DNA of 27,678 nt from a virus (Duplodnaviria > Heunggongvirae > Uroviricota > Caudoviricetes): IMG/VR virus record IMGVR_UViG_2698536372_000020, one strand, 5' to 3'. Shown here piece by piece: positions 18,397 through 26,920 of the stretch. The position numbers were made by a program, and so were the translations under genes. The notes under the pieces are model-generated. The model saw nothing but the letters and a program-made list of their open reading frames with translations. It was not told the DNA's origin and made no database searches. Every line of letters begins with the position of its first letter. The stretch's first letter is position 1.

Positions 18397-18416
18397 AAAA
18401 AAGCTCCCGAAGGAGC
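18397..18416 (-). terminator. Intrinsic terminator downstream of cspI
   Basis: Minus strand: 5-bp GC stem with UUCG-type tetraloop (GGCTCC-TTCG-GGAGC) followed by six T. Confidence 0.5.
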
Positions 18417-18623
18417 CTTCATTTTCACTTTTTTAAATCCAACGACAGACGGCTGGCATTTAAGTATTGTGAAATATTATCAAATGTAATCATCATTGAT
18501 TTACAAAAGATACATTTTGCCCCGAAAGGATTCATGTCAGAAACATCAAAAGATGATGTTCTATACTGGGAACCATGACAACACGGGCATCTAAAGTGAA
18601 TATGGTTTGTAATATTGTCTACC

Positions 18624-18836
18624 TCAAAGCGCCACTACATGAACAGCGGCAGGACCTTTAGGTCCGTTCTCAATACCAAATTCAACTTCCTGATTCTCAG
18701 TTAATGTTTTGAAATCGTTGCTCTGAATTGCTGAGAAATGGACAAACACATCTTTGCTGCCATCTTTCGGCGTGATGAAACCAAAACCTTTTTCAGGGTT
18801 AAACCATTTCACTAAACCAGTCATTTTGTTAGACAT
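18624..18836 (-). CDS. cspI: Cold-shock protein, CspA family
   Basis: 70-aa [73 protein letters not shown] with RNP1/RNP2-type motifs; long 5' leader typical of csp genes; matches CspI as recalled. Confidence 0.9.
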   Translation of the reverse strand: MSNKMTGLVKWFNPEKGFGFITPKDGSKDVFVHFSAIQSNDFKTLTENQEVEFGIENGPKGPAAVHVVAL

Positions 18837-19198
18837 AATTATTACCTTTTGAAGAAATTAGCCCTTGGGCAGAATGGTCCGAAAAAAAATATCAGAGAGA
18901 AAAACCAACAAGGAAATCTCAAGAGGTACAAATAATAAAATTATAACAATGACTGCTTCAGATAAATTTGTAACAAACCAGAACACCATTAACGCATGAT
19001 TAACCACCCATAGCAAGGATTACTTTTGTAAAGAAAAACACAGCAATGAAAGAATAGCTTTATTTATTAATAAAACGTGTCATTCTGATTAAGACCTTTT
19101 ATCTTACCCTTAAGATTTCAGGAATTTTGGCTCATGGAAGAGTCCTTTTTATTTAAATTTTACATTCCGCGATGTAAATGTTCCGATTTAATATTACC

Positions 19199-20222
<1,024 letters not shown>

Positions 20223-20226
<4 letters not shown>

Positions 20227-20534
20227 ATATATTTATGATGAGGACGCTCGTGCTTATTGGCAGGATTTTCAATCTTAAAGGAGTACTGATGCTGCAGATA
20301 AGACTCAACTTTTTCTGACAATTTTTCTGCTACTTCCAGGAAGACTTGCCGGACGCTCCTTCTGGCTGCTGCCTCATAAAACTCCAGCGCAGCTCCTTCA
20401 ACACGGTCCATGGCGACATCCAGGTCAAAAATTTCACCGTCAAAGCGTTCCTTGTCCTGTAAGGCTACAGTTACCGTAACTTTATTCTCAAAATTACGGA
20501 CTCCTTTCACAACCAGTTCATAGTCTTGAGTCAT
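20223..20534 (-). CDS. ydfR: YdfR-like protein (DUF1327) inserted between holin and endolysin
   Basis: 103-aa ORF (MTQDYELVVKGVRNFENKVTVTVALQDKERFDGEIFDLDVAMDRVEGAALEFYE...), same length and position as Qin YdfR as recalled. Confidence 0.7.
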
Positions 20535-20538
20535 TGGA

Positions 20539-20754
20539 TTACTCTCCTCTCGCAGCCTTACGCCTGTCTTCTTTAATCTTGAAATAAAGATTTGTCAGAT
20601 ACGTCAGCAGGCCAAAAACCAGGCTACCCAGCACACCGATTGCAGCCCACTGTGACGGAGTTACTTTATCGAGTAACTGTAATGCCCAGAAACCAGCATT
20701 ACCCGCCGATGTGCCATAGGCAACACCTGTTGTTAACTTATCCATTGATTTCAT
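20539..20754 (-). CDS. essQ: Class II holin (S21-like pinholin) with dual-start motif MKSM
   Basis: 71 aa from ATG 20754 ([71 protein letters not shown]), SD GGTGAGGAT upstream, two transmembrane segments. Met1/Met4 arrangement as in the phage 21 antiholin/holin pair. Confidence 0.85.
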   Translation of the reverse strand: MKSMDKLTTGVAYGTSAGNAGFWALQLLDKVTPSQWAAIGVLGSLVFGLLTYLTNLYFKIKEDRRKAARGE

Positions 20755-20943
20755 ATCCTCACCCCGATGTACACGGATGGTGCAATATGTTTGAAAAAGA
20801 TCGGAGTCTACGGGGTAGTTTTGACAGCACACGTTGTTCTCAACGGCGCTAAAGAAACATACACATTAAAAATGTGAGTAATTATTTTGAAAGAAAGTCA
20901 TATATAAAATAATAATACGAGAAATGTTTTCATATTTAGTGTA

Positions 20944-20964
20944 CTGTATACGGCCATTATACAG
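20944..20964. promoter_or_regulatory. Inverted repeat CTGTATA-N7-TATACAG overlapping the RBS of the zinc-ribbon gene; possible operator or translational control hairpin
   Basis: 7-bp perfect inverted repeat read directly, 10-30 nt upstream of ATG 20974. Confidence 0.3.
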
Positions 20965-20973
20965 GAAAAGCCT

Positions 20974-21144
20974 ATGTCAGAACGTAAAGACTCAAAATCA
21001 CGCCGTAATTATCTCGTTAAATGTTCCTGCCCAAACTGCACCCAAGAGTCAGAACACAGTTTTTCAAGAGTACAAAAAGGTGCCCTTTTGATCTGCCCTC
21101 ATTGCAACAAAGTATTCCAGACAAATCTTAAAGCTGTAGCCTGA
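20974..21144 (+). CDS. Small zinc-ribbon protein, 56 aa (two CxxC pairs), YnfU-like; not in the ORF track
   Basis: ATG 20974 with AGGAAAAG SD; MSERKDSKSRRNYLVKCSCPNCTQESEHSFSRVQKGALLICPHCNKVFQTNLKAVA; stop 21142-21144. Confidence 0.6.
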   Translation: MSERKDSKSRRNYLVKCSCPNCTQESEHSFSRVQKGALLICPHCNKVFQTNLKAVA

Positions 21145-21206
21145 TTGATTTTATTAGTAACAAGTATTTTTTATATTTTAATAATATATTTAAAGCAGAT
21201 AATAAA

Positions 21207-21226
21207 AAACCCGCCTGAGCGGGTTT
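21207..21226 (-). terminator. Intrinsic terminator (8-bp stem, 4-nt loop) with A-tract on one side and T-tract on the other; likely terminates cspB and may act in both directions
   Basis: aaaaaacccgc-ctga-gcgggttt read directly; on the minus strand the stem is followed by TTTTTTATT. Confidence 0.5.
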
Positions 21227-21507
21227 GAGATTGTGGTGCTTTTTGTGGGAGTCATCCACTTACGCACTTTGTTTTGCGATGCCAGCAGTTAGCTTCTGCT
21301 GTGAAACTATTCATGCAGCAAACCTGCACTTCACCACAATGGTTAGCATACTTTTCCTGATTAAGATTTTGCCAAATATGCTAGCCATTGTTTCATGTAT
21401 TGGACCTCCTTACTTTTTATTAAAGAGATCCAATATTCACTACTCTGTCCGTATCTCTACTCAGGCATCAGCCTTCTTCGTTATCGTATACAGACGAGCG
21501 ATGAATT

Positions 21508-21723
21508 TTAATCAGTAATGATGACATTTGCTGCTGCAGGACCTTTAGCACCTCTCTCTATAGAGAAGGTAACCTTTTGACCTTCAAATAAGGTTCGATA
21601 ATTATCATTCTGAATCGCAGAAAAATGCACAAACACATCTTTACTACCATCAACAGGAGAAATAAAGCCGAAACCTTTATCAGCGTTAAACCATTTTACT
21701 AAACCAGTCATTTTATTTGACAT
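21508..21723 (-). CDS. cspB: Cold-shock protein, CspA family
   Basis: 71-aa [74 protein letters not shown]; matches CspB as recalled; divergent from cspF. Confidence 0.9.
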   Translation of the reverse strand: MSNKMTGLVKWFNADKGFGFISPVDGSKDVFVHFSAIQNDNYRTLFEGQKVTFSIERGAKGPAAANVIITD

Positions 21724-22023
21724 TCTACATTCCTTAACTTGAGCCTTTCGGCATAAATGGTTTGCATAACAGAAACGACTTCGTACTTAATTGGAGAGAC
21801 TCAAAGAAGGAATAAGTGAATAACACCTGAAATGAGAACTGCTTTAGTAAACTACTTCGTATATCGTCTGTTCTTCAAACCGACGCAATCATTAACGCAT
21901 AGTTGAACATATGAAGCAATGTTTATTTTAGACATCCAGCCATCTTCAACCCCATCAAAAAACTATAGCTTTCTTCAGGAACGTGTGTATAGTGCGCCAA
22001 GTTATCAGTATTAAGGAATTTTT

Positions 22024-22236
22024 TTGTCCCGTAAAATGACAGGAATTGTCAAAACCTTTGACGGCAAAAGCGGCAAGGGTCTTATCACCCCATCCGATGG
22101 TCGTATCGATGTCCAGCTTCATGTTTCAGCGCTCAATCTCCGCGATGCAGAAGAAATTACCACCGGATTACGCGTGGAATTTTGCCGGATAAATGGTCTG
22201 CGTGGCCCTTCAGCTGCCAATGTTTACCTTTCATGA
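22024..22236 (+). CDS. cspF: Cold-shock-domain protein, divergent CspF/CspH type
   Basis: 70-aa [73 protein letters not shown]; apparent TTG start at 22024; resembles CspF as recalled. Confidence 0.85.
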
Positions 22237-22290
22237 GCTATATTAAAGCTTTAATTTCAGGCCCCATCGGATCACACATGGAGAGTTTTT

Positions 22291-22380
22291 ATGAATAACC
22301 CCGTCTGTCTTGATGACTGGTTGATTGGCTTTAAAAGCTTATGCTGTACTTTGGCCGTAATAGCTCTGCTAATAATATAA
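22291..22380 (+). CDS. Candidate 29-aa hydrophobic peptide ([29 protein letters not shown]) downstream of cspF; not in the ORF track
   Basis: ATG 22291 preceded by GGAGAG about 7 nt upstream; C-terminal half is a predicted membrane helix; stop at 22378-22380. Confidence 0.3.
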
Positions 22381-22528
22381 TAAGCAGACTCATTGTGTTT
22401 AGGGACATTGTACTGGAAGAAAACATTTTAAACATCAGGCAAATAACCAAGTCACCAGCTAAATAATAAGTTAACAGACATGAGTCCCGGGATGAGATTC
22501 AACATTACCATTGCCCCATTTAAAGCAC

Positions 22529-22552
22529 AAAACCCGCTCATCAGCGGGTTTT
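22529..22552. terminator. Strong bidirectional intrinsic terminator: candidate tR' for the late leader (minus strand) and terminator for cspF (plus strand)
   Basis: Perfect 10-bp stem aaaacccgct / agcgggtttt with 4-nt loop, followed on the plus strand by a T-rich run; lies about 40 nt downstream of the predicted late promoter start. Confidence 0.5.
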
Positions 22553-22597
22553 CTACTTTTTCTTAACGTCGGGTATACAAAGCCCATCGTTGAAAAA

Positions 22598-22626
22598 ATT
22601 TTATCCATATTTTTTGAAAAATGCAA
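22598..22626 (-). promoter_or_regulatory. Candidate Q-dependent late promoter (pR'-like sigma70 promoter; the qut site would overlap)
   Basis: Minus strand -35 TTGCAT (22626-22621), 17-bp spacer, -10 TAAAAT (22603-22598), about 30 bp downstream of the Q stop, as in lambdoid pR'. Confidence 0.5.
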
Positions 22627-22657
22627 ACATCATGTCGCCATCTTCAGCAAAAATCAT

Positions 22658-23410
22658 TTATCTCGTCACCTTCCTCAATTGCGCTTCCGCGTATGCTTCT
22701 TCCTGCCAGCACTTTGTTACCAGTTTACCAATGACGTCCGCATACCCCTTATACCACTGATAATCGGTCAGGTCTGGTACCAGCTTCTGGACATGACGTC
22801 GTGCCAGCGTGGTCGGTAAACGACTAAACCGGTTTCCATTACAACGCCCACAAATCTTATATACCGGTACGCCATGAAACCGGGTTCTTTTTTCATCCAG
22901 AACAATCCCTTTACCCTTACACCCTCTGCACGCTGTGCTGACTTCACCCTTACCATGGCAATGCTGACATAGTTCCTTCACCCATTCTTCCTTGATTACA
23001 GATTCCCCGCGTCGGTAGTGTTTCACCACTTCGCGCAATACATTATAAAATCCCGTACCTGAACAATGCTCACAGCGAGCCTTACTTGCCGCAGACCTGG
23101 AGTAATCAGCAAAGGCAAAATTCACGAGGTAAGGAATAATCTGTAACCGGATTTCTTCACTCAATTTGTTCAATGTCGGGTTATCCAGTGCCATCGCGTA
23201 ATTTAGCAGGCCTTCAATCGCAAACTGAGGGTCCTGAACACCAACTTTTGCCAGAAATAAGGCCAACCCAAGTGGTGCTTTCGACTGCACCATCCCCTGC
23301 GCTGCCATTACATCCGTAATTGTTAAACAACCGGTGCCTGTCGCTGGAGCGTCATCGCTCAATTTTGGAGATTTTGGGGAGTAATATTTTGGTAAGGCTT
23401 CAAGGTTCAT
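22658..23410 (-). CDS. quuQ: Late-gene antiterminator Q
   Basis: 250 aa from ATG 23410 (MNLEALPKYYSPKSPKLSDD...), GGAG upstream; Cys-rich zinc-binding region (CEHCSGTG...CQHCHGKGE...CRGCKGKG...CGRCNG) typical of Q proteins. Confidence 0.82.
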   Translation of the reverse strand: MNLEALPKYYSPKSPKLSDDAPATGTGCLTITDVMAAQGMVQSKAPLGLALFLAKVGVQDPQFAIEGLLNYAMALDNPTLNKLSEEIRLQIIPYLVNFAFADYSRSAASKARCEHCSGTGFYNVLREVVKHYRRGESVIKEEWVKELCQHCHGKGEVSTACRGCKGKGIVLDEKRTRFHGVPVYKICGRCNGNRFSRLPTTLARRHVQKLVPDLTDYQWYKGYADVIGKLVTKCWQEEAYAEAQLRKVTR

Positions 23411-23423
23411 GCTCGTTCTCCAC

Positions 23424-24512
23424 TTACGCCAGTACGCCAATTGCCAGCGCGCGATCGATAAAACGAAATATCAGCTCCAGTTGGGAGCCATACTTATCTT
23501 CAAATGCCACTGTATCCGTATGCAGCTCGTTGTGATGCTTTCTGCACAAAGGCAACACAAAGAGATCATGTGCTTTTGTTCCCATTCCGCCCTGCCCGTG
23601 ACCAATCAGATGATGCGGATCGTCGGCTGGCATACCGCAGCAAGCACACGGCTGTGTCTTAACCCAACGTGTGTATTTCTCCTTAACCCAGCGGCGACGT
23701 TTAGGCAGCTTCATGAAAGATTCCGGAGACTCTGGATCAACGGTGATGCTTACCACCGTCTTTTCCTGTGGTGATTTTTGTTGCTGGTGGGCGTAAGGCA
23801 ACGGTGCAAGATTTTTTGTGCGTTGTTTCAATATGCTGGTGGCGGTCTGCTCTCCCGGTACGATGTCGCTTTCGCGGTACACCGAGCAGATTTTTTCCGC
23901 TGGTAATCCCAGCGAACGACGCGATACAGCCTCAGGTAGTGCATCCACCACCTGATTGCAGACCGCCCACCAGGATAATTCAGCCAAAGATAATTCCCGC
24001 TCCTGCGTACCGCTTATTGCGTGACGGATGACGTCAATCACCCATGCTGTCAGATTTTGTTGAGCAAGCAGCTCCAGTGATTCCGATGTCTGGTCACGCA
24101 GTTGGTTGTCGCAGTGCCAGCACAACACCATTGCGCCGGTACCATAACGGTGAATGACTGTTTCAGTGTGATGGTAATCGCCATTAGGCCACTGGCAGGA
24201 TGTAACATGACGTAATAGCCAGTCGGACAATGCGCCAACGCCGCCAGCAGCACGAATCACCCGTTCGTTACTAAAAAACGGCAGCAATGTTTTGTCTTCC
24301 GCCAGCGGCTGGCGAACGGCAGGAACGACTCCGGATGGCAGATTACGCATGCTTTTTGGTTCCGGTTCCACCAGCACTCGAGGATTATGAAATATCTGTA
24401 TGGATTCACGGCCCGGCTTAAGGACCACCAGCCCAAGCTCAGGCACCAGAACAGGTCTAAGTAATACCCGCACGTTACCTCCAGATCCGTTGCTGGAAAG
24501 TGCGGGACGCAC
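23424..24512 (-). CDS. ydfU: HNH-nuclease-like protein (DUF968 type), YdfU-like
   Basis: C-terminal motif CACCGMPADDPHHLIGHGQGGMGTKAHDLFVLPLCRKHHNELH resembles an HNH nuclease motif. Start uncertain: ATG 24512 overlaps the upstream ORF by 38 nt; internal Met at 24350 is an alternative. Confidence 0.65.
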   Translation of the reverse strand: MRPALSSNGSGGNVRVLLRPVLVPELGLVVLKPGRESIQIFHNPRVLVEPEPKSMRNLPSGVVPAVRQPLAEDKTLLPFFSNERVIRAAGGVGALSDWLLRHVTSCQWPNGDYHHTETVIHRYGTGAMVLCWHCDNQLRDQTSESLELLAQQNLTAWVIDVIRHAISGTQERELSLAELSWWAVCNQVVDALPEAVSRRSLGLPAEKICSVYRESDIVPGEQTATSILKQRTKNLAPLPYAHQQQKSPQEKTVVSITVDPESPESFMKLPKRRRWVKEKYTRWVKTQPCACCGMPADDPHHLIGHGQGGMGTKAHDLFVLPLCRKHHNELHTDTVAFEDKYGSQLELIFRFIDRALAIGVLA

Positions 24513-24753
24513 GTGGTGGGCGTTCGGAATAAGGCAGCCTGACAGAGATTATCCAGTGCCGATAGTCGAGACTGAGAGCTTTCTTAACCTCGAACCCGCG
24601 CCTGCGGTAAGAATGAATCAGCCATTCGGCCTGTTCTGCAGTGCATGGAGGGTGCTGGAACCATTCAGACTTGAATGCGTGAGAATACCGCCCGTGCGTG
24701 CAGGCAAGAACGGGCGAATTATCAGAATTGTAATATTTTGCGTTGCGTGCCAT
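24475..24753 (-). CDS. Hypothetical 92-aa protein between the rem-like gene and the HNH-like gene
   Basis: ORF from the track (MARNAKYYNSDNSPVLACTHGRYSHAFKSEWFQHPPCTAEQAEWLIHSYRRRGFEVKK...); different frame from ydfU; could be a separate gene or a frameshifted N-terminal piece. Confidence 0.4.
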   Translation of the reverse strand: MARNAKYYNSDNSPVLACTHGRYSHAFKSEWFQHPPCTAEQAEWLIHSYRRRGFEVKKALSLDYRHWIISVRLPYSERPPRASRTFQQRIWR

Positions 24754-24819
24754 CGGTTTTCTCCGGTGGCACGGTGTTACTCAGCGGGAGTTCAGCCCCG
24801 CGCAAGATTGTAGATGAGT

Positions 24820-25071
24820 TTATTCTCCTGAAAAAGCAGAAAAGCCAGCTTTTATTCCGATCTCTTTCAATGCCTGTAATGAAGTGACAAACTCACCTTC
24901 GCGCAAGATAAATCCGTCCGTGACCCGAGCATCCACAAAATTAATTAACGCAGCCCCATTCTTTCGCAAACACATAATGCGGTAATGACTAACAAGATTT
25001 CCATTTTCAACGCACACAGCATAGAGGCCATCTTCACAAAAAATTTTACGCAGTTCTTCGATGTTCATCAT
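24820..25071 (-). CDS. rem: Rem-like protein, 83 aa
   Basis: ORF MMNIEELRKIFCEDGLYAVCVENGNLVSHYRIMCLRKNGAALINFVDARVTDGFILREGEFVTSLQALKEIGIKAGFSAFSGE; GGAAGGA SD; in the position and of the size of Qin rem as recalled. Confidence 0.65.
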   Translation of the reverse strand: MMNIEELRKIFCEDGLYAVCVENGNLVSHYRIMCLRKNGAALINFVDARVTDGFILREGEFVTSLQALKEIGIKAGFSAFSGE

Positions 25072-25191
25072 CAGAATCCTTCCGGATAATTAGCTCTCCC
25101 CTTTAAGGGACCATCCCTCTTATCCCTGCGCGCTACTTAAGTATTTTTGATTCTATTCCGGCACCGTCCAGAACTTCAAACGCGTTGAAAA

Positions 25192-25219
25192 TAAAAACAA
25201 AAACCCGCCGAAGCGGGTT
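25192..25219 (-). terminator. Intrinsic terminator ending the relB-relE-hokD operon
   Basis: Minus strand: 7-bp stem AACCCGC / GCGGGTT with UUCG-type loop followed by TTTTTGTTTTTATTTT, about 70 nt after the hokD stop. Confidence 0.6.
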
Positions 25220-25287
25220 AAGTGCGGGTGCGTTGAGGATGCCTGCCACATCAGAGGTGGCGAGGGATTTCTCCCCCGCCGGGTCTC

Positions 25288-25443
25288 TTACTCCTCAGGT
25301 TCGTAAGCTGTGAAGACAGCGACCTCCGTCTGGCCGGTTCGGATTCGTACCTCGCAGAGGTCTTTCCTCGTTACCAGTGCCGTCACTATGACGGTTAAAC
25401 AGATGACGATCAGGGCGATTAACATCGCCTTTTGCTGCTTCAT
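25288..25443 (-). CDS. hokD: Hok-family type I toxin (HokD/RelF), 51 aa; not in the ORF track
   Basis: Reverse-complement translation MKQQKAMLIALIVICLTVIVTALVTRKDLCEVRIRTGQTEVAVFTAYEPEE, ATG 25443, stop 25288-25290; single transmembrane helix; matches HokD as recalled. Confidence 0.9.
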   Translation of the reverse strand: MKQQKAMLIALIVICLTVIVTALVTRKDLCEVRIRTGQTEVAVFTAYEPEE

Positions 25444-25514
25444 AGCCTGCTTCTCCTGTCAACGCAAAGCAGAAGTGTCACCTTCGGTGCGAAACAGAGA
25501 TGTCATGCTTTGGT

Positions 25515-25802
25515 TCAGAGAATGCGTTTGACCGCCTCGCTATATACTTCCGAGCGTTCTCTTTTCCCAACAGAAATCACGAAAACGACAACTTTCTCGT
25601 CTATAACCTGGTATACAAGGCGATAGCCTGAAGACCGGAGCTTAATCTTGTAACAATCAGGCATACCACGGAGCTTGTTTGCTTCAATCCGGGGTGACTC
25701 AAGTACTTCAACCAGCTTCTTTTTCAACTGTTCACGTACCGTCGAGCCCAGCTTTCGCCATTCCTTTAGTGCCCGCTCGTCAAAATCCAGAAAATACGCC
25801 AT
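25515..25802 (-). CDS. relE: RelE toxin (ribosome-dependent mRNA interferase)
   Basis: 95-aa ORF MAYFLDFDERALKEWRKLGSTVREQLKKKLVEVLESPRIEANKLRGMPDCYKIKLRSSGYRLVYQVIDEKVVVFVISVGKRERSEVYSEAVKRIL; ATGA overlap with the relB stop. Confidence 0.95.
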   Translation of the reverse strand: MAYFLDFDERALKEWRKLGSTVREQLKKKLVEVLESPRIEANKLRGMPDCYKIKLRSSGYRLVYQVIDEKVVVFVISVGKRERSEVYSEAVKRIL

Positions 25803-26041
25803 CAGAGTTCATCCAGCGTCACACGTACTGGCTTAGGATTACGAAGCCGTTCTTTCACTATCTCCACAAGTTCAGCATCTTCATCACTCAGGAGTGTCTG
25901 TTTGAACGGCAAGCGTTCATTGTCAGCGATATACTCGAGCATGAGACGAAGCGCTTCAGAAGGAGTTACACCCATTTTTTCAAGCGCGGCGTAAGAACGC
26001 GCTTTAAGTTCATCGTCAATACGCAGGTTAATGCTACCCAT
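25802..26041 (-). CDS. relB: RelB antitoxin
   Basis: 79-aa ORF MGSINLRIDDELKARSYAALEKMGVTPSEALRLMLEYIADNERLPFKQTLLSDEDAELVEIVKERLRNPKPVRVTLDEL; GAGGTG SD; directly upstream of relE. Confidence 0.95.
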   Translation of the reverse strand: MGSINLRIDDELKARSYAALEKMGVTPSEALRLMLEYIADNERLPFKQTLLSDEDAELVEIVKERLRNPKPVRVTLDEL

Positions 26042-26053
26042 GTCTTACACCTC

Positions 26054-26078
26054 TTGTAATTACAAATGTCATTACAAG
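26054..26078. promoter_or_regulatory. relBE operator-like palindromes (relO) in the promoter region
   Basis: Perfect 12-bp palindrome TTGTAATTACAA (26054-26065) followed by a related half-site repeat TGTCATTACAAG, immediately upstream of the relB start. Confidence 0.6.
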
Positions 26079-26371
26079 TATCGCACTACAACATGCTTAG
26101 GGCAAGTCACGAAGGAAGTCAGAAAGTAGTCGTAAGAACGGTGATCACTGTCCGCTTTGTGCCAGGAGCAGCCATTGCTAAGTCCATCCTGTATTGTGCA
26201 GGTCAGCTCGTTTTTAAAGAGTCCGGCCATCATCTTACTGGTACAGACACCATATACTTTGTGACGGTCAGGCTACATATGCACAACTCAACTTATTCAT
26301 CTATTTTTTGCTTTAGCATGTCAGTGTTGCTTTCTCGTCGGCGGGTGAGCGGTGACCTGACCTGTCGATAA
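26066..26371 (+). CDS. Hypothetical 101-aa ORF divergent from relB (YdfV-like by size and position); coding status uncertain
   Basis: ORF from the track; ATG lies within the operator palindromes and has no obvious SD. Confidence 0.3.
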   Translation: MSLQVSHYNMLRASHEGSQKVVVRTVITVRFVPGAAIAKSILYCAGQLVFKESGHHLTGTDTIYFVTVRLHMHNSTYSSIFCFSMSVLLSRRRVSGDLTCR

Positions 26372-26523
26372 AGGAACGTAGCACGTTTTATGCAACACCC
26401 GCATGCGGCAGAAAATTATTGCCGAACGTTTACCCCTGTCAACAAGCTTTACTTTCTGAGGCGCGCCAGCCCGCGAGGAAAACAATCTGAACATCAAACA
26501 ATTAATGACACAAGAAATACGAT

Positions 26524-26550
26524 TAAAGATTTTTTTGTGCATGCCGATAG
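26524..26550 (+). promoter_or_regulatory. Sigma28 (FliA)-type promoter for flxA
   Basis: TAAAGATT (26524-26531), 11-nt spacer, GCCGATAG (26543-26550); fits the class-3 flagellar consensus TAAAGTTT-N11-GCCGATAA; followed by SD AAGGAG and ATG 26574. Confidence 0.65.
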
Positions 26551-26573
26551 TGCTTTTTTAAAAGGAGAAATCT

Positions 26574-26906
26574 ATGTCTGTCACAATTCAGGGAAATACC
26601 TCAACCGTTATTTCAAACAACTCCGCCCCGGAAGGAACATCAGAAATAGCCAAAATCACAAGACAAATTCAGGTGCTGACTGAAAAGCTTGGGAAAATCT
26701 CATCGGAAGAGGGGATGACGACACAGCAGAAAAAAGAAATGGCTGCATTGGTACAGAAGCAAATTGAAAGCCTCAGGGCTCAACTGGAGCAGTTGTTAAG
26801 GCAGCAGGCAGAGAAAAAGAATAAAGACGCGACAGTTCAGCCTGATAAAAAAGAAGAGAAAAAAGACGATACAAATACCGCTGGCACCATTGATATTTAC
26901 GTCTAA
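26574..26906 (+). CDS. flxA: FlxA-like protein (FliA-regulated, coiled-coil-rich)
   Basis: 110-aa ORF MSVTIQGNTSTVISNNSAPEGTSEIAKITRQIQVLTEKLGKISSEEGMTTQQKKEMAALVQKQIESLRAQLEQLLRQQAEKKNKDATVQPDKKEEKKDDTNTAGTIDIYV; matches FlxA as recalled. Confidence 0.88.
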   Translation: MSVTIQGNTSTVISNNSAPEGTSEIAKITRQIQVLTEKLGKISSEEGMTTQQKKEMAALVQKQIESLRAQLEQLLRQQAEKKNKDATVQPDKKEEKKDDTNTAGTIDIYV

Positions 26907-26920
26907 GTGACAGCCGTATT

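Noticed and set aside
20944-20964. Possible LexA (SOS) box because of CTGT...ACAG
   Set aside because: Spacing between CTGT and ACAG is 13 nt, not the 8 nt of the LexA consensus; kept only as a generic inverted repeat.
21225-21518. 97-aa plus-strand ORF between the zinc-ribbon gene and cspB
   Set aside because: Overlaps the terminator hairpin and the cspB 3' end, is hydrophobic and low-complexity, and has no SD; likely spurious.
26321-26683. ORFs 26321..26542 (-) and 26390..26683 (+) around the flxA promoter
   Set aside because: They overlap the sigma28 promoter and flxA leader, lack ribosome-binding sites, and are low-complexity; probably non-coding.
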